A stretch of DNA of 64,000 nucleotides, taken from positions 1,546,416 through 1,610,415 of the forward strand of contig NC_134032.1 in assembly GCF_964204645.1 (NCBI RefSeq). The letters are read 5' to 3'. A model generated the notes under the pieces. It saw only the letters and a program-made list of their open reading frames with translations. It made no database searches and was not told the DNA's origin. This DNA comes from Tubulanus polymorphus (Eukaryota; Animalia; Nemertea). The position numbers and the translations under genes are program-made. Positions 15,227 through 28,088 of the stretch are shown here, piece after piece; positions within the stretch are counted from its first letter, which is position 1, and each line of letters starts with the position of its first letter.

Positions 15227-15303
15227 GACACCCCGATAGCTTAAGTGATTGAGCAGTCTTCCGGCAAGCGAGAGATCCGTGGTTCGAGTCCCATTCTCGG
15301 TCG
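15227..15303 (+). mobile_element. tRNA-like SINE head (not a canonical tRNA)
   Basis: A-box-like tagcttaagtgattgagc and B-box ggttcgagtccc; acceptor and anticodon stems imperfect. Confidence 0.5.
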
Positions 15304-15838
15304 TACGTCGCCAATTCTCCCGCTGCCCGAGCACGCACCAGTTGGGTGTCTCTGGCCTTGGAGACCTCTATATCTTACCTGTCTTTTCCTATATGGTCCC
15401 TGGACCAAAATACGACGATTCGCTTCTTTTCTTTCTGATTTCTTCGAAACCTGATAGTCTGGATCTGTAATCCGATTAGTAGAAGGAATGCCAAGCATCA
15501 AAATACCACTAATTATTATCATACCCGAATATATCAATAACCTTCCGCAATTGGAAATATACAGTGTTTTGAATAGATTTTAGATAAAGCGTGGTTTCAA
15601 TTGGAAATTCACTGATTCAAGGATTAAACTATCGTTTCTAAATAAGTTCAAACAGTACGTTGCGTTATCCGATCACCACAAACTAACAATCAGTGATTTT
15701 GTAAATGAAGGTTGGCTCCGGATGCTACTGCTGCAGTCGAGGGATTCTCTCCCGCTGATTGTCGTTGTTGTTTCTAACCCAGATGACGTCACACACTCAC
15801 ACGCCCCGTGCCGTTTTTTCCCGTTCTTCTCGTTCCAG

Positions 15839-16006
15839 ATGATCGTTGAAAACGGCGACGACGGTTTCCCGCGCTTAAAACGGCCGAAACATCACGACCC
15901 GATTCGAAATGTCGCCAGAAAAATAGACAAAATATCGAGACGTTTGTTTCCGCTTTCGTTCGTCATATTTAACGTTGTTTATTGGGTCGTTTATTCCGTG
16001 TATTAG
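15839..16006 (+). CDS. Cys-loop channel terminal exon B (loop end + TM4 + stop)
   Basis: cttctcgttccag| phase-0 acceptor; MIVENGDD...ARKIDKISRRLFPLSFVIFNVVYWVVYSVY*. Confidence 0.9.
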   Translation: MIVENGDDGFPRLKRPKHHDPIRNVARKIDKISRRLFPLSFVIFNVVYWVVYSVY

Positions 16007-18239
16007 ACACTTTTATCTTACTGCCGAATTTCTATTTGGCTTGTATTGATGCGCCACCGTGCGGCCGATTCGGAACCCGATTGGAGATAGTGTTCAACCG
16101 GAAGTGATATCAGAAATTTGGTGAAGTGCCACCTGGTGACAATTTTTGTCGCTCATGGCAGATCGTTGATTAATCGATTATTCCTTTGTATCTATCATTG
16201 TCCATTCATTCTTATATTCAAATTCGTATCGTATCTAAGTGAATAGTGACCGCGAGAAGCGCTCCTAGTGGATCCCCGACTGCCACAGTACCCTTGTCGT
16301 TATTCCTGCTGTATATACACAGCTATTTAATGTAAATTAGTTGACTTTGTAGCTGGTTTTTTGAATATTTGGCCCCAGTGATAAGTAGTATCACTAATCG
16401 ATACAACTCAATTCAATGGGTTTACTGCCTCAGATTTCCGTGATAGCAATAATTTATACAATATGAATTAGAGGCGGTTGAATGGTGTAGTTTACAATTC
16501 AACCATTTTCTCCAGTTTCCAGTAGACATTTTAGTTGTAAATCGATTTGAATAATTTCTGGTATCGAATAAAACCCGTTTATTGAAAAACATAATTCCGA
16601 TCGTTGAGAATTTATTTTTGGTTCTTGGTTCCATTTATTGTTTGGCCTGAGTAAGCTGCATCTCTGGACCAAAAGGGACAGTTTGCAATTAACTCCAAAG
16701 CGAGATTATTCCGCAAAATGGCCCAATCAAACCTCTGGTGAAATCGGCTCAACTGAGATATAGGGAACAATTGGTTTCTAGGGCGATGCACACGAATATA
16801 TTACTACGCATTAGTTAGTCACAGTTTTACAGTTCTACAGTTTTAATGAGTAGTTTGAGTTCGAATCCCGCATTTCATTCACCGTAGATTTAAAGCCATC
16901 AAACAACAGTTTAACTAAACAACGCATTTAATTTTATTTCTGTTCACCGTTCATTCAATTTCTGTGTTTATGACCCAAACATAGTAACCCTCTCACCCCC
17001 CGATCCCTCCGCTCACTCCTATCACAGTAGTTTAACAGGCGCTATTTTCCGTTGCAGTAATTTAAATGTTTAACAGATAGTTATTAACTTATTAGATCAT
17101 TAACAACTCATTGAAACTTTATCATCAACCTTAATATCGTGTGTATAGCTAGACACTTAACCCCAACCCTCTAACAAAAACAAATTACACTCTTTGATAG
17201 TTTCTATGGGTCCCGGTAGGTGGCTTACGTCGTCTGGGTCCCTGGGATTGTATCCAGGTATGCATGAGCGGCAAAAATGGCTGCCTCCATCGAATCCCCC
17301 TATGATGTCATCCAAATGCTACCAACGTCCCTGCAATAGTATTTCTACGTGTTATCATCGGCAATTATGACGTCATTGGGTGAACGATGGAGGTCGGGTT
17401 GCCATGAATTATGCGGAGTATTCGCCGTTCTGTTAACAGAAACATAACGATAATTTATTCAAGCGTGAATTAGTATCTTTGCACATTATATTATTCATAT
17501 ATTTGCATAATTTTAAGCTTATATTCACAACATATATATTATACATATATGCATAACCATCCTTAACCTTTTTCGCCTTTTGTCTTGAAGAGCATTTAAT
17601 ATGATAATCCACTGTAATAATCAATATATATTTATATACAATCACATTATCCTTATCATCATTGTTATAATAATCATTGATAACTACTATTAATCGTTAA
17701 TTAATTATCGGTTGATATTCGCACGGCGTTTTTTCGTTTTTCTGGTCGCCAGTTTCTTTTTGTCATTTTGCGCATTGTTCCAGCTAAATGCTTGCCGCGG
17801 TAAGTTTGCATTTTGTTCATATCCTATCATTTTTCATGATTATATAATTTCTATCAATCTATATATAATCTACGTGGATTATCAGCTTCCGTCGAGTCAA
17901 CGGCTTTGATGGAGTCGTGAAATAGTGCAGCTTTTGTAGAAAGTAGTGTCTAAGAGTTTGGTTGCCTAGAGCCTAGAGCGGCATGATGTCAACGGCTTTG
18001 GTAGCCTAGAACGGCATAATGTCAAAGACAGCGACATGTGGTCGAGTAGATTAGCAAAGTGTTAAAGAATTTGGCTGAGTAGAATGTCAAAGCCTTTCGT
18101 AGAAAATGATGAAATATTAGATGACAAACCTTTTAATCCACGTAAAAATCAAACTCTTGTGCTGAATACGTCTGAAAGATGTTTCCGAATTTAAAAGATA
18201 ACCGACGCAGTTCTGATTGGGTTTTCAATTGTATTTCAG

Positions 18240-18413
18240 TTGAATATGATACTCGAAAACGGAGACGATTTGGCGAAAAAACGCGAACCGAAAACGAACG
18301 AATACGGCCGAATGTTAGCGCGGCGAATCGATAAATATTGCAGACGAATTTTCCCGATCGTCTTTTTAAACTTCAACATCGTCTGGTGGGTCACATACAC
18401 AGTCGTCTATTAG
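18240..18413 (+). CDS. Cys-loop channel terminal exon C (loop end + TM4 + stop), absent from ORF track
   Basis: gtatttcag| phase-0 acceptor; hand translation LNMILENGDDLAKKREPKTNEYGRMLARRIDKYCRRIFPIVFLNFNIVWWVTYTVVY*; AATAAA at 18763-18768. Confidence 0.88.
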   Translation: MNMILENGDDLAKKREPKTNEYGRMLARRIDKYCRRIFPIVFLNFNIVWWVTYTVVY

Positions 18414-21400
18414 ACACATCACGTGACCCTGCACGCTGTCTGGTGGGTCACATGCACAGTCGTCTATTAGACACAGCACGCGACCCTGCACGCCGCTGTC
18501 TGGTGTACCACGTGACCTGCGCAACGACGAGAACCGACCGAACCATGTATGGAGTGCGGCACATACGTAGTAGTTTATAGACCGACGGCTGAGAGACAAC
18601 TGCGGCTGGATCACGTGAGATAAACTGCGCCATCTGGCTATGGACGCGTGACTTAATCGTGTTGGTAGGTCATGTGACACACTACACCGCCTGCCGGGTC
18701 CAATGCCACACTGCGCCATCTGGCGGGTAGCTCTACACCTCACTGCGTCATGTAATGCCTGCAATAAACTATTGTAACAGTCTTAAGACAACAGTGAAAT
18801 ACATACAATTTTTAAATCTGCTTCATTGCATTTCACCGATTTTTCCTTAGATACACCGAATTTCTATAGCATGTATAAGATATAACACTAATATTAACCA
18901 TAATCCATTTTTTTTTTCATCAATTAAATGTCGCCCACATACAAGCGATGTGGTGGTACGTTGTGTGCATTTCATATGAGAAATATAATTGTGGGCACTT
19001 GAATTGATTTTGACTCTAAATTCAACTTTGCGATGATTATTATATTGATTTGTGTCTCGAATGTAGATTAGTTTTTCGGTCAAGCGAATTTATACCTATA
19101 GTTAGAGCCCTATTCGAATGATTAATCGTAACTTCATTCATTTTAGCTACCAGTACGATCCAGTACGATCCATATGAGTTTATGATAAAAATCTCGATGA
19201 GTTTGTAATGTTGTAAACTGTGTCGTGGTGTGTTAAATATCGAAATACTAAACAAGAAATCATAATCAGATAGCGCCACCGGAAGTGACGTATACTTCCG
19301 GACGTGTTGGTGTGTGTAACAATTGAATAAAATCCTTTCAAATATTGATATAGAATGACAACGATCTTCATTGTTCTTCTTTGGTGTAAGGATGCTACCT
19401 TTCAGAATTAAGATGATCGCTTAGAATTGGAATCATCTCTTGACTTACTTCGTAAAAGGCCACCATCTTAATCCTTGAAGTGTTCTACGCCGGTACTCGC
19501 TGTTCCATTCTGGGCCCGCCACCTGCCGGCCAGTAGCGGTGAACAATTGCGACCAGTATTATAATACGCAGCGAGTAGGCCTACTCGGGCTATACTGGGG
19601 CTATTCCGGACCCAGTTTAAAGCTAAGATCGACTTCACCCCAGTCATCACGTCGCAGCGGTCTGCGATTTTTTCATCGGGAACATTTTCGAGTTTACTTA
19701 CGACCGCTTAGCAGTGTTACGGGTAACAGTTAATTAATTCTCCAGCCACAAAATAATGATTAGTTGGTTACGACAGCCTTCTCGTTATCAATGAACTCAA
19801 CAATTGGAATATTGAATGAAATTAGCTTTGTGAAATCCGGCTCTGAAAACTATTTGATTTTGATTAAGATAAATCTATCTATACTTTCTAACCTGAGAAC
19901 CGTGAGTTTTGGGTCCTAAAATAAACGTACATTCAAGATTTACGTAAAATATTTTCTATTTATTCATCAAAATCAAGGAACCATTAACAATATTTATGGA
20001 TAAGATAAAAATAGGCAGTAACAGCATGAACATAGTCAGTCGAGCATTACTTCACCCGAGATAGTAAGATCTTAGTTCTGATTGGTTGGTGAGCCACGAT
20101 ACGACAGTGAATTGGTCCAATCGAAGCGAATCTTACATACAGGGTTTGATATAACTTATTCTAATCAACTAATTAACATCGAATCGATACTTTTTCAACA
20201 GATTTTTGAACAGACTACAATTACCCGTATATCATCAACCGCGTGGATCAATAGTACGTACAAAACATGTCGCTGTAGCGAAATTGAAAAACAAACCGTG
20301 AACTCGCTCGGAAGATGGCAGTTCTACATCTTTATTGGATTCGAACCCGATTCGATCGCACCGAAGCCATGCAACGACACCTATCGGCCGCGTGGCTTAT
20401 CAAATACTTCCGAAATGGCTAACTTTCATTATCACTCTCATCATTCACGATTTATCATCATACACATAGTAAATATAGCACTTATGTTACGTCTTTACGG
20501 TTACTTAAAATAACTATATTTCAATACACATTTCCTATTTTTATCTACTTTTATGGAGTAAAATATAACAGATGTTTTGTATCACTAGGAATATACTCTC
20601 TCCCCCCTTCGCGCATCCCCCTCTCCCTCCCTCTCTCCCCTCTCCCTCCCTCTCTCGTTCGATGCTAATATAAACCTCTTATATAGAAATCTAGAGACGA
20701 CAAAATGTCATTTTACTCGACTATTCATTATAACAAATATTACCCATTATTACAAATTCTATTCATATAAGTTGATTCTAGTAACGAGTATATTTTCATT
20801 ACCGCAGTTGCACATAATAATTGTTCGGGTAATGTCAGTATGTACAGAAATACCAGTGCAGCCCTGGGCCCAGTTTCAAAAGCCATGACTTCAGTCCAAA
20901 AATGTGCTAAAAGCAACTTATGACGTGATCACCGTAAACACGTGACTGTCTATAATTCAAGTGAGCAAAACCGATAATCATTAAGAAAAACTAAACAGTT
21001 TCGACTCAGTTCTAGAATAAGCCATTTTCAAACCCTTAGTTCAAGGCGTGTGTAAGAAAAAAGCGAATATAGAATTAAGTCGAAAAGTCACTAGCCTCTT
21101 TATAGTTTACCCGTACAACTGAGGGATTTTTCATCTTCAAAGTATAGCTATATTCTCAAAGCGGTGGATATTAAGACGAAGGCCCGGTCTTAGACGTCAT
21201 GGCAACTGCGGAACTGGACCTGCCCGGGCAATACCATATCACAGTTACAACGGGAGTGCACCGCGGTTAGAATTCTAAGAAAATATCTCGCAAAATATCG
21301 TTAAGGTTATAATAAGGTACGAACATTTTATTTACAGCCGATAATTTACTGTAACAATGATATATTACACGCGTTTGTTATCGGATCCTTATTGAACAAC

Positions 21401-21960
21401 TATGTCCTGAGTTCACAGTTGAAAATTCAAGCTGCTATAGCGGCCATATTTAGAATATGACGCGTCAAAGCCATATGCTAGAACAGACACACAATTAGAA
21501 CATCGTACCAAGTAGGACCACTAAAACGTAGGAACACGAACAATACTAATTAACTGATTAATTAATTAATTAATTAATTAACGAAAATGTGTGATCGCCC
21601 TGATTATAATCAATGCCCTTTTATTCTTGGCTCAAGTGATCGGAGTCCCATAATTATCCTAAACATTTCTCACACGTTTAGTTACAACAAACCGTTTTAT
21701 CTTTCACTTTTTAAAGCTCTCCTTACCCGTGATTTTATAGAAAAAAAACATCACGCAATTTATTCAAGGCACCGACAATGAACACAGTCAAAATTACCAA
21801 CAAGACATCCGGCAACCACTCATAGAGAGACCTCTCGCGAGCCTAACTCATTATATTTTTCAAAATTCAACAATATTTTCGAAACGTTTCAGACGTCAAC
21901 CTAGCGAAATGGGCCACCCATTGAAATTAACAAACTCCGTCCTCATAAATATTCTACAAT

Positions 21961-22379
21961 TCACGTTTTCCGTTGCGCGTCTAATAAACTCTTGCACACA
22001 GGGTCGCCAAGTGGATTGTTATACTTTCGCTGGAGGGCGCTGCAATCGTTGATCGAGCTGAACTCGCTGGGAATTCCCGGCTGCGCATGCGTATCGTGAC
22101 TGATCGTCGTCATTTCCGTGTTGGACAGACTCTCCTTACGCGCTTTCAGAATCTCGATCGTTTCTTTGTCCGGTTTTTTCGGCGCTTTGTACAAAAACCA
22201 GGCCAAGAAAAAGAAACTAATCGATAATATTTTACACATTATCGCCAAACACAACAAATAGAAACTCAACAGACGATTGTCGTAGAAATAACAGGCTCCC
22301 GACTCGGTTCCGGTCACCTGCCACAGCTGACAGGTCGTATCGATTAGAGCTCCGAATGCGATCGGCGCCGGGATCGTAC
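21961..22379 (-). CDS. SLCO4A1: OATP/SLCO4A1-like transporter, coding exon 12 (last)
   Basis: ctgtag| phase 1; GTIPAPIAFGALIDTTCQLWQ..GACYFYDN is the conserved OATP C-terminal segment; TGA stop. Confidence 0.93.
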
Positions 22380-22564
22380 CTACAGAGAAAACAACAGTCA
22401 ATCTAACTACCCGCAGTGCTGTCGGACTTTCGCTGTCGAAATGTCGCGCCAGCACCGCGGAATATTCTGCCTAAAGCCATATTAGATCATAACCGTGCAC
22501 GCAGACGATTCCGATCAGAAAAGAAATTACCATAACAATTATAATCAGCATTATTTACTGTGGA

Positions 22565-23230
22565 TGAGGAGAGAATCCCACAATGATAATAAAAAGTCCG
22601 AAAAAGAAACTTCGAGATAGTAGTTTATTTCAACGTTAATTTTCTACGTTAATTTTCCTTTAGTTTGTATCATCTCTGATTACTTGAATTAGTCTCTTTG
22701 TCTCTGGATTGTATATATATCTCATAATTTCTGTAGTATCTCATTATTCCTGAAGATGACTATTAGGATATAGTCGAAACGTTAGATAAACTACACTAGC
22801 TCAAGGAATACAGTATTCCTGAAGATGACTATTAGGATATAGTCGAAACGTTGAAATAAACTACACTAGCTCAAGGAATACAGTATTCCTGAAGATGACT
22901 ATTAGGATATAGTCGAAACATTGAATAAACTACACTAGCTCAAGGAATACAGTATTCCTGAAGATGACTATTAGGATATAGTCGAAACGTTGAATAAACT
23001 ACACTAGCTCAAGGAATACAGTATTCCTGAAGATGACTATTAGGATATAGTCGAAATGTTGAATAAACTACACTAGCTCAAGGAATACAGTATTCCTGAA
23101 GATGACTATTAGGATATAGTCGAAACGTTGAAATAAACTACTATCTCGAAGTTTCATTTTCGGACTTTTTATTATCATTGTGGGATTCCCTCCTCATCGC
23201 GTCAACACGGATATAGTGTTCTACCAATCG
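22565..23230 (+). mobile_element. Penelope-like (PLE) terminal-repeat fragment with tandem minimal hammerhead motifs and an inverted partial copy
   Basis: 22563-22636 is the reverse complement of 23123-23199; six ~69-bp tandem units containing CTGAAGA-T-GACTAT(taggat)ATAGTC-GAAA; possible tgtgga TSD. Confidence 0.7.
22745..23140 (+). ncRNA. Array of six minimal type-I hammerhead ribozyme-like motifs
   Basis: CTGAAGA at 22750, 22819, 22889, 22958, 23027, 23096; 6-bp stem II, GAAA, palindromic AACGTT stem III, TATTC/GAATA stem I. Confidence 0.65.
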
Positions 23231-23279
23231 TGTGGAGTTAAATGCAGTTAATGTGGTTCCTCGTGAATCGGGACCTTAC

Positions 23280-23344
23280 CTAAACAGCGAGCCAGCAGCC
23301 ACTGTATACCGAGTGCGAACGAACGATGTTGATCAGGAACACAT
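23280..23344 (-). CDS. SLCO4A1: SLCO4A1-like coding exon 11
   Basis: tttcag|...|gtaagg; [23 protein letters not shown]. Confidence 0.9.
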
Positions 23345-23777
23345 CTGAAATATTCGAAACAAGTTCAAACCGTTCTCTTTCAGATTGGGGGAGGATTATT
23401 TCATGTGTGAGGACAGTTTGTTCGCAGTTCGACGACGAAGGAGGTAAAGAATTTTGTAACCAATACAAACAGGTGTAACTTTGTAGAACTGCGCTCAAAA
23501 CGCTATCGTGGAAGCCCAATGATCTTGAAAATCACCACAACCATATCGGGTTCCAATATAAATTGAAATATTCGATACTTTTCCATACTCAACGACCCCT
23601 GGTGATGATAAACATGGACACCATGCTCACTTCAGAAGTGGTTTGAAATACCGCGGATTCTGTCTAGAGACGGGGCACAGATGGATGGACATACGGCGGT
23701 CGAAAAGTGAACGCAATGGCCCGCTTGAATTTAAGTACCAATTGGGCTAAAAACATAAAAACCAGAGTGAATTATAC

Positions 23778-23956
23778 CTGAGAGTGGCGGATAACGCCGG
23801 CATGCTGGTCACGAACGTGAAGAATATAACTAATGAGAAAAGTGGTAGAAACACTGCTAGGTATATACAGCCACTTTCACACTTCCCATCGCGAGCCATG
23901 TAGTTCAACGGAGTCTCCATAGGTGGCATTTCGACGCAGCTACAATTCGTGTAATA
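23778..23956 (-). CDS. SLCO4A1: SLCO4A1-like coding exon 10
   Basis: ttttag|...|gtataa; YYTNCSCV..GKCESGC..FFTFVTSMPALSATLR. Confidence 0.9.
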
Positions 23957-25697
23957 CTAAAAAAGCGACATAGGGAAAAAGAATTCATTTTAAGAAGGTT
24001 TTAAAAGAGCCTTTCATAACAAGATCGTAGGTCTAGCCTATCCACTTATGACATCATAAGATTGTAATGTAGTGATATCTGTTTAATATCTAATGACTAT
24101 ACGCGGGACTCGAACCAGGATCAAGAATCAGGTGGATGTCTTGTGCTCTTCTAAATGGGCCATTTTATCTGCACGTACTTGGTCGATTTCGCCATCTATA
24201 GGTTATTCAAATCACTATTAGATGATGTCATAAGGGGATTGTTGCAGGTGGCAGTTCACCGAGAATAATTAGGCTTATCGTACGTAGAAAATTAATTGCA
24301 AGCGCAAAAACAAACAAAGCTGAAACAATCAAAGAGTAAACAGTGTTTGATAGACAGGGTCAAACATTTTGGGGCTCGAATCTTCAACCGGATGATAAGT
24401 GGTAGACGTATTGTAGTTAGTTGATTAAGATCGATGATAGAAGCTGGTTTCATAAACTGCAGGGAAAATTCTAAATCAGATTAAAAACATTAACCTCTTG
24501 GTTTACAAAGTTGATCATAGTTTAAATATGGAGAACTAAGGTAGTTGTGGTCGCTTCCCCAGTGTATGAAACCGATGTAATTAGTATGATGGCTGATTCG
24601 TCCGGGACACATTAGAAAAATATGACACTCAATCTCCGCCAATTATTTCCATAACACGCCACGAAAGCGACCGTTGAAACTCGTCGATTTCTAATACGGT
24701 CTCACAGACGCCATCTAACGGAATCTCTACCGACTAAACGTGGTATTTAGAACAACAAGTTGGTATTCCGACCTGGTGTTGTTTAAACTGAGAAGTTTGT
24801 TTCGTGTTATGTAAAAAACACTTGGCGAATTTGAACCCATCGTCCGCGCGAGATCGGGTACAGTGTGGCTGTTAGCTGCTAATAGTTCGGAAATTGGGGG
24901 GAATCAACCCACAAACCTGGATGTAACGTAACCCTGTTTTATCCTCCATTTCCTATAAATGAAAATACAAAAAATAAAATGTGCATTTGAAAAAAAATGA
25001 AAAAATATGTACGTCCCCGTTTTATAGACAGTGCTGTGGATTGGGAAATTAAGGATTCGAACCCACATGCCAATTCAATTCAATGCCGTATGACGACAGA
25101 TGGCGCTTTGTGAAATTAACCAATTCAATTCAAATTCAATCCTAAAAACGAGAGACGTGTTTCCTCATCTTGCTTTCTAGGCAGGAATATAACCAAAAAC
25201 GAGCACTCTTGATTGAAAACCAACAAACCAAGCAAGTAATTGTAATGTTAAAAATGTCCGGTGAGTTTGCAGTTTTAACACAGTCTATAAAACCAGGGCC
25301 GTCTCGAGTGTGGTGTGGCAAAAATAAACAACACAATCATCACAATCAAATTCAAAATATCAGTGACGGTGATACGTATCAATAATATTGGTGCGTAATG
25401 ACAAGAAAAAAAAATTCATTTCATATAAATCCTGTATTTCATCATATAGAACTCTCAAATCAAATGGAACCACACTGGAATCTCGGGGATGGAGCGCCAC
25501 CTTGGAATCTCGCTCACGGAACGACACTGTAATCTCAGGCATGGAGCGCCACCTCGGAGGTTGCGGCGCGTATGTCAGTTGGTGTAGTTCATTTCCGGTT
25601 TAAAAGTCATTCACGCAAAGAAGAGAAGAAAATGAGACGCAATAACAAACAAAAGGTAGGTATCAAAATAAGTTGTTATATTGTAGCTTTCAGCTAC

Positions 25698-26202
25698 TAA
25701 TGCCTATTTCAACCAGACTTGAGAGCATTCCAGGTGGCCTAGCTCGCTCATTTATGGTAATACATACCTGATAAAGGTCTTATTAGGACCAGAAAGGACT
25801 GGCAGTCGACCTAAATCATCATTTTTTAATCCATTTGAAACTGTATTGAAGGATATCCAAAAAGTCTGCATTGAAATGGGTTCATGAGAGAAAATAGACC
25901 TTAGATTTGAAAGTTTAACAATATGTTTCCATGCCTACCAACTGAAGTTTGGTACGTAGGCATGGAAACATATTGTTAAACTTTCAAATCATGGAGTCAC
26001 TTCTCTTCATTTAACCCCTTTCAGTGAAGACTTTTTGGATATCCTTCAATACAGTTTCAAATGGATTAGAAAATGATGTTTAAGGTCAACTGCCAGTCCT
26101 TTCTGGTCCTAATAAGACCTTTATCAGGGGTATGTACTACCATAAATGAGCGAGCTAGGCCACCTGCCGGAATGCTCTCGAGTCAGGTTGAAATTGACAT
26201 TA
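25698..26202. mobile_element. Foldback (fully palindromic, ~500 bp) MITE family C, copy 1
   Basis: ~250-bp arms, taatgcctatttcaacc...ggttgaaattgacatta; TA at both ends. Confidence 0.8.
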
Positions 26203-26607
26203 CTCCTAGTTTAGTGTATGTGTGTATGGGTTGAACGTGTCACGAGCAGAGCCCCAAATTGACGTCCTCCCTCGGCGGGATTCGAACCTGATCGCATCAC
26301 TACACTCAGCCACGGCACGAAACCCTGCCACAGTAGACCGGGCGCGCAGGCTCATGCGCAGCTTAGATGATGTCATTATTAGCCAATCAGATATCCCGTT
26401 TTATTAGAATCCGGGTTTTCCCATTTATAGTTCTTCCGCGAAATTTATATTCTATATCCGAGCATTTATGATGCGAGGAGGTCATTCGACAAGTGACTTT
26501 TTAGTATTCAGATATGAATCCAATTTTACTTGTCGTCCATAGTGTCCACTTCTTCTTTCCCCTCCCCTGATGATCCCTGATGATTTGATTCTATCCAATT
26601 TTTCAGT

Positions 26608-27570
26608 TCTGATTAGAAGAATTTTGAGACATGGAGAGAAAGAGGATGAATTCATGAAGATCGAGAAAAACAAGATGTTTCTATCGTAGAAAGGGTTCTC
26701 AACGACAGGTACTACATTCTATTGGTTCCCTTAACTTGCACTTGCTCAAATCTGATTTCCGAATCTCCCTGTCCCTTTCATTTTCTTGAATCACATAACA
26801 ATTCAAGGTTTTCTGTTTTAAACCTTTCAGTGCTGACTAATTAATACCCTATCGTGCTGGAGATAATTTGAAATATTTGAAAAATTCCACCCTAGTGTTT
26901 TGAATAACGGGAATACCACTATAGTGCGTCTACACCGCGGTGCAGTATATCATTAGTTACTAGTATTTCACTATGTTTGACAGGTGCTGCCATCTTTCAA
27001 TAGAGATAAAAACTAATTACACCAAAACACCGCAGTGCGGTGTACTAGCAAAATCCATCACCGATTCATACACCGCACTGCGGCATAGACGCACAGAAAG
27101 GGTTAACAAGCTTTTCAGTTTTTTACATTGTTTTTAGATGTATGTGATCTTGCCGTTGAATTTTTTTTCTCTAATTTCCAGTCAGCGATTGAAGTTATTC
27201 CATTTTTGTTGAGGCGAGGTGCGAGCATGTTTCTGACCGATCAATTTTGCCAGGACTCCCTCGAATCTCATTTTGGTCTACACCGGAATAACAGCTGAAA
27301 ATCCCACAATGTGGACTTAGGGTATGTGATCAATCATCATTTTCCTTTGTTTTTTGCTTCAATTTAAGGAATAATCAATTCCTAGTATAATCCTCACAAT
27401 GGTCTGTTTGATATTGCTGTCTATAGATACCAGGATAAAACGAAATCTTGCGCTGGCTATTTTACTGAAAGCAAAGGAAGAGTTATAGGAAAGTGTCACA
27501 ACAATCAATGCTTGGTTGATGAAACACCAATCCCCAAGATCAAGAGAACAAGAACTAAAAAGGTAAAGTT
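26608..27570 (+). pseudogene. P-element/THAP9-like transposase pseudogene (intron-containing)
   Basis: EKNKMFLS*, then SAIEVIPFLLRRGASMFLTDQFCQDSLESHFGLHR..ENPT (QDxLExxFGxxR motif); stops and frameshifts. Confidence 0.75.
26822..27102 (-). mobile_element. piggyBac-like MITE family B, copy 1
   Basis: CCTTTCAGTGC...GCACAGAAAGGG|TTAA termini. Confidence 0.75.
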
Positions 27571-27579
27571 TTCATTATT

Positions 27580-27900
27580 TATTTAGACAATTTTGCACGC
27601 AATGTTCCTTACTTTTCGTTTTATTCCTGACCGCATCTAGCATAATAATTTCACATTTATGATGGGTTCTTATCTTGAAATACAATTTCAACATGCTTTC
27701 AAGCGCTGTTTCTTTCCGTTGATCTTGGTAATCAGTTGTCGATGTTAAATTGTGGAAACAATCCTGTGTGGTCAGTTGAGTTCCACGTCTCTAAAAACAT
27801 TTTCAAATTCCGCAAACAAACTTCTGGCATCGGAAGTCGTGTTCGTTAGTCGCGCGTGTGTTTTTGCCTCGAGGAGAGTTCCTTGTTGCGGTTCATCAAA
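27580..27900 (-). pseudogene. Convergent ORF remnant resembling the P-element transposase C-terminal region
   Basis: TSDARSLFAEFENVFR..LESMLKLYFKIRTHHKC..(frameshift)GTLRAKLSK*. Confidence 0.45.
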
Positions 27901-28088
27901 GTTTGTAGCACCTCTTTGACTCGGGTATTTTTTTATCTTTTTTTTTCACTATGCTAACAACGCATCGACCTGTCGCATTCCGCAGATGTGCTGACAGTAA
28001 CACACTAGCGGACGCGTCATAAGCGACAAAGGCAACATCAGCATTGAACACCTGCAGTCACATCCCGCATGGTAAGTTGATGTTCTTA

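Noticed and set aside
15227-15303. Functional tRNA gene
   Set aside because: Cloverleaf stems imperfect; more consistent with a SINE head.
22745-23140. CRISPR-like appearance
   Set aside because: No unique spacers, no cas genes, eukaryotic intron; better explained as a PLE hammerhead array.
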